Part shown: one piece after another, positions 62,321 through 64,000 of the stretch | How the letters are laid out: every line of letters starts with the position of its first letter | Position numbering within the stretch: position 1 is the stretch's first letter | Assembly (NCBI GenBank): GCA_905235995.1 | Contig: CAJONI010000052.1 | Span: 6,107-70,106, forward strand | DNA: 64,000 nucleotides | From: an uncultured Bacteroidales bacterium | GTDB taxonomy: Bacteria > Bacteroidota > Bacteroidia > Bacteroidales > UBA932 | Reading direction: 5' to 3' | Translations under genes and position numbers: made by a program | Notes under the pieces: model-generated | Told to the model about the DNA's origin: nothing | Seen by the model: the letters and a program-made list of their open reading frames with translations, nothing else | The model's database searches: none

Positions 62321-63546
62321 TTCTTACGGTCGCGGTACTCGGCGGTGGCGGTGAAGAAAGCGTCGCCGCTGGAGTTGAGCGCTGTCTCCACGGAGTCCTG
62401 CACTACGCTGATAATGAAGCCCACGGCCACGGCCTGCATCGCTAAGTCGTTGCCTATGCCCAGGAAGGAGCAGGCCATCGGGATGAGCAGGAGTGACCCT
62501 CCTGCCACTCCCGATGCTCCGCAGGCGCCCAGGGTCGCAATGACGCAAAGGGGCAGGGCGGTGGCGAAACCAACCTCCACGCCCAGGGTATGGGCCACGG
62601 CCATGGTCATCACGGTTATGGTGACGGCAGCCCCGTTCATGTTGATGGTCGCGCCCAGTGGGATGCTGACCGAATAGAAATCCTTGTCCAGTCCCAGCTT
62701 CTCGCATAGGGCCATGTTGATGGGGATGTTGGCCGCCGAGGAGCGCGTGAAGAAGGCGTTCACGCCGCTTTCCTTAAGGCAGGCCCAGAGCAGGGGATAG
62801 GGGTTTCTACGGGTTGCGATGAATGACCAAAGAGGGTTGAGTATCAGCGTATTGAATAGCATGCAGCCCACCAGCATGAGTATGAGCTGGCCGTAGGTTG
62901 TGAAGATGCCCAGGCCGCTCTCCGCGACAGCGGAGAACACCAGGCCCATGATGCCGAACGGGGCGAACTGGATTATCCACTTCACTATGAGCGAGATCAC
63001 GTCGGAGAAATCGGATACCACACTGATGGTCTCCTGGGAGGCGACCATCTTAAGCGCGAAGCCGGCCAGGATGGACCAGAAAAGTATGCCCAGGTAATTG
63101 GCAGAGGTAATCGAGGCCAGAGGATTTGCGACCATGTTGGTCACCAGGTTCTTGAAGACTTCCTTCAGGTCGCTGGGAGCGCTTCCCTGCGCAGCATCCT
63201 GCAGTTCGAGGTTTACCGGGAACAGGGTGCTGCCAATGTATGCGACAAGGGCAGCGGCGAGGGTGCTGACGAGGTAAAGGAGAATGACCGTGCGGAAGCG
63301 GGAACCCAGGCCGTCGTGGGCCTTGGCGATGGAGGCCATCACCAGGACGGCCACCAGCACCGGCGCCACTGCCTTGAGGGCGCTGACGAAGACGTTGCCG
63401 AAGAGGCCTATCCATTTCCATCCCGGTAGCAGGAGCCCCAGGGCCGCACCTATCACCAGGCCTGTGAGTATGCGCAGGACCAGGCTGATGTCGGTCCATT
63501 TCTGAAAGAGCGACACGGATTTCCTGCCGCCGTCAAGCTGCTGCAT
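62281..63546 (-). CDS. sstT: Serine/threonine:sodium symporter SstT-like (DAACS family)
   Basis: MQQLDGGRKSVSLFQKWTDISLVLRILTGLVIGAALGLLLP... is multi-pass hydrophobic. DAACS blocks are FFTRSSAANIPINM and SIPLGATINMNGAA. The 3' end overlaps the convergent MBL gene by 40 nt. Confidence 0.82.
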   Translation of the reverse strand: MQQLDGGRKSVSLFQKWTDISLVLRILTGLVIGAALGLLLPGWKWIGLFGNVFVSALKAVAPVLVAVLVMASIAKAHDGLGSRFRTVILLYLVSTLAAALVAYIGSTLFPVNLELQDAAQGSAPSDLKEVFKNLVTNMVANPLASITSANYLGILFWSILAGFALKMVASQETISVVSDFSDVISLIVKWIIQFAPFGIMGLVFSAVAESGLGIFTTYGQLILMLVGCMLFNTLILNPLWSFIATRRNPYPLLWACLKESGVNAFFTRSSAANIPINMALCEKLGLDKDFYSVSIPLGATINMNGAAVTITVMTMAVAHTLGVEVGFATALPLCVIATLGACGASGVAGGSLLLIPMACSFLGIGNDLAMQAVAVGFIISVVQDSVETALNSSGDAFFTATAEYRDRKNQSNSQSSSRQLT

Positions 63547-63549
63547 GCC

Positions 63550-64000
63550 TTATTTTTTATAGATGATCACGTTCCTGAATTCCATGGGGCCTCCTTCAGA
63601 CTGGAATCCGATATAGCCCTCGGTCGCCTCGCTGACTGCGAGGTTCACGAGCACTCCGTTGAGCCAGGCGCTGATGTGGCCGTCCTTGCAGAAGAACACC
63701 ATCCTGTTCCATTCTCCCACAGGCTTCTCAGGACTCTCTTCCACGATACGGGGCTTGCGGTAGAATGGGCCTTCGACGCCTTCGAGAGGGATGCCGCCCA
63801 TCAGCACGCCCATGTCCTTCGGGGTCATCTGGAGCTGTACGCCCTGCGGCCACACCTTGTCGCCTTCCTGCAGGTAGTTGAAGATGCCGCCGTCGACGCC
63901 CTCGCTGCCGGCCCAGCGCCATTCCAGCTGCAGGACATAGTCGCTGAACTTCTCTTCGGTACGGATGTAGCCGAAAGGCTGGCCGCTGATCTGGAGGATT
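63550..64000 (-). CDS. DUF1080 / 3-keto-disaccharide hydrolase family protein, C-terminal part; the start lies outside the window
   Basis: The minus-strand frame is open from the window edge to the TAA at 63550-63552: ...EEKFSDYVLQLEWRWAGSEGVDGGIFNYLQEGDKVWPQGVQLQM...EWNRMVFFCKDGHISAWLNGVLVNLAVSEATEGYIGFQSEGGPMEFRNVIIYKK. The stop lies 3 nt from the sstT start. Confidence 0.8.
   Translation of the reverse strand, partial: ILQISGQPFGYIRTEEKFSDYVLQLEWRWAGSEGVDGGIFNYLQEGDKVWPQGVQLQMTPKDMGVLMGGIPLEGVEGPFYRKPRIVEESPEKPVGEWNRMVFFCKDGHISAWLNGVLVNLAVSEATEGYIGFQSEGGPMEFRNVIIYKK

Noticed and set aside
1-64000. CRISPR arrays, integrases/transposases, phage or conjugative genes, toxin-antitoxin or other defence-system genes, and invertible-promoter inverted repeats
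   Set aside because: I found no direct-repeat/spacer periodicity, no recombinase-like, nuclease-NTPase or reverse-transcriptase ORF, and no long inverted repeats flanking a promoter region. Every ORF with coding character is metabolic, transport-related or a tRNA.

Overview
This is a GC-rich chromosomal segment of Bacteroidota type. The evidence is a SusC/SusD pair, many lipoprotein signal peptides, TAnnTTTG-like -7 boxes and A/T-rich rather than Shine-Dalgarno start contexts. All family calls come from motif recognition by eye on the supplied translations; no HMM or BLAST search was run.

Layout:
- 1-497: 3' end of a DUF1080 (3-keto-disaccharide-hydrolase family) gene.
- 510-1517 (-): a SIS-domain sugar-phosphate isomerase-like gene.
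- 1581-1920 (-): tRNA-Val(CAC) and tRNA-Gly(CCC).
- About 1.98-62.3 kb: one very large polysaccharide-utilisation-type locus.
- 62281-63546 (-): sstT-like transporter.
- 63550-64000 (-): a second, partial DUF1080 gene.

The locus has a single susC/susD-like pair (3634-8479) and about 30 tightly packed genes for secreted or lipoprotein products, in two long co-directional blocks (12.6-35.1 kb and 35.8-62.3 kb). Glycosidase-type domains are GH27 x2, GH106-like x2 (one broken by an in-frame TAG), GH92 x2, GH78-type x3, GH3, GH63/MGH1-like, GH9-like, GH99/WbsX-like, GH127, GH43-type x2 and DUF4838, plus an SGNH esterase and a TAT-exported Gfo/Idh/MocA oxidoreductase.

The most unusual feature is eight phosphoesterase-type domains of five different folds interleaved with the glycosidases:
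- four alkaline-phosphatase-superfamily domains, one of them a PhoA fused to a PLC-like phosphodiesterase;
- one EEP protein;
- one metallophosphoesterase;
- one MBL-fold protein.

Other notable points are the very large fusion proteins (GH127-GH92-PA14, 1531 aa; GH78-GH3, about 1460 aa) and PA14 modules on four different catalytic scaffolds. My main hypothesis, which is inference only, is a so far uncharacterised PUL for a phosphodiester-bridged or heavily phosphorylated hetero-glycan rich in rhamnose, mannose and arabinose/galactose.

I saw no transcriptional regulator, mobile element, CRISPR array or defence-type gene in the window.
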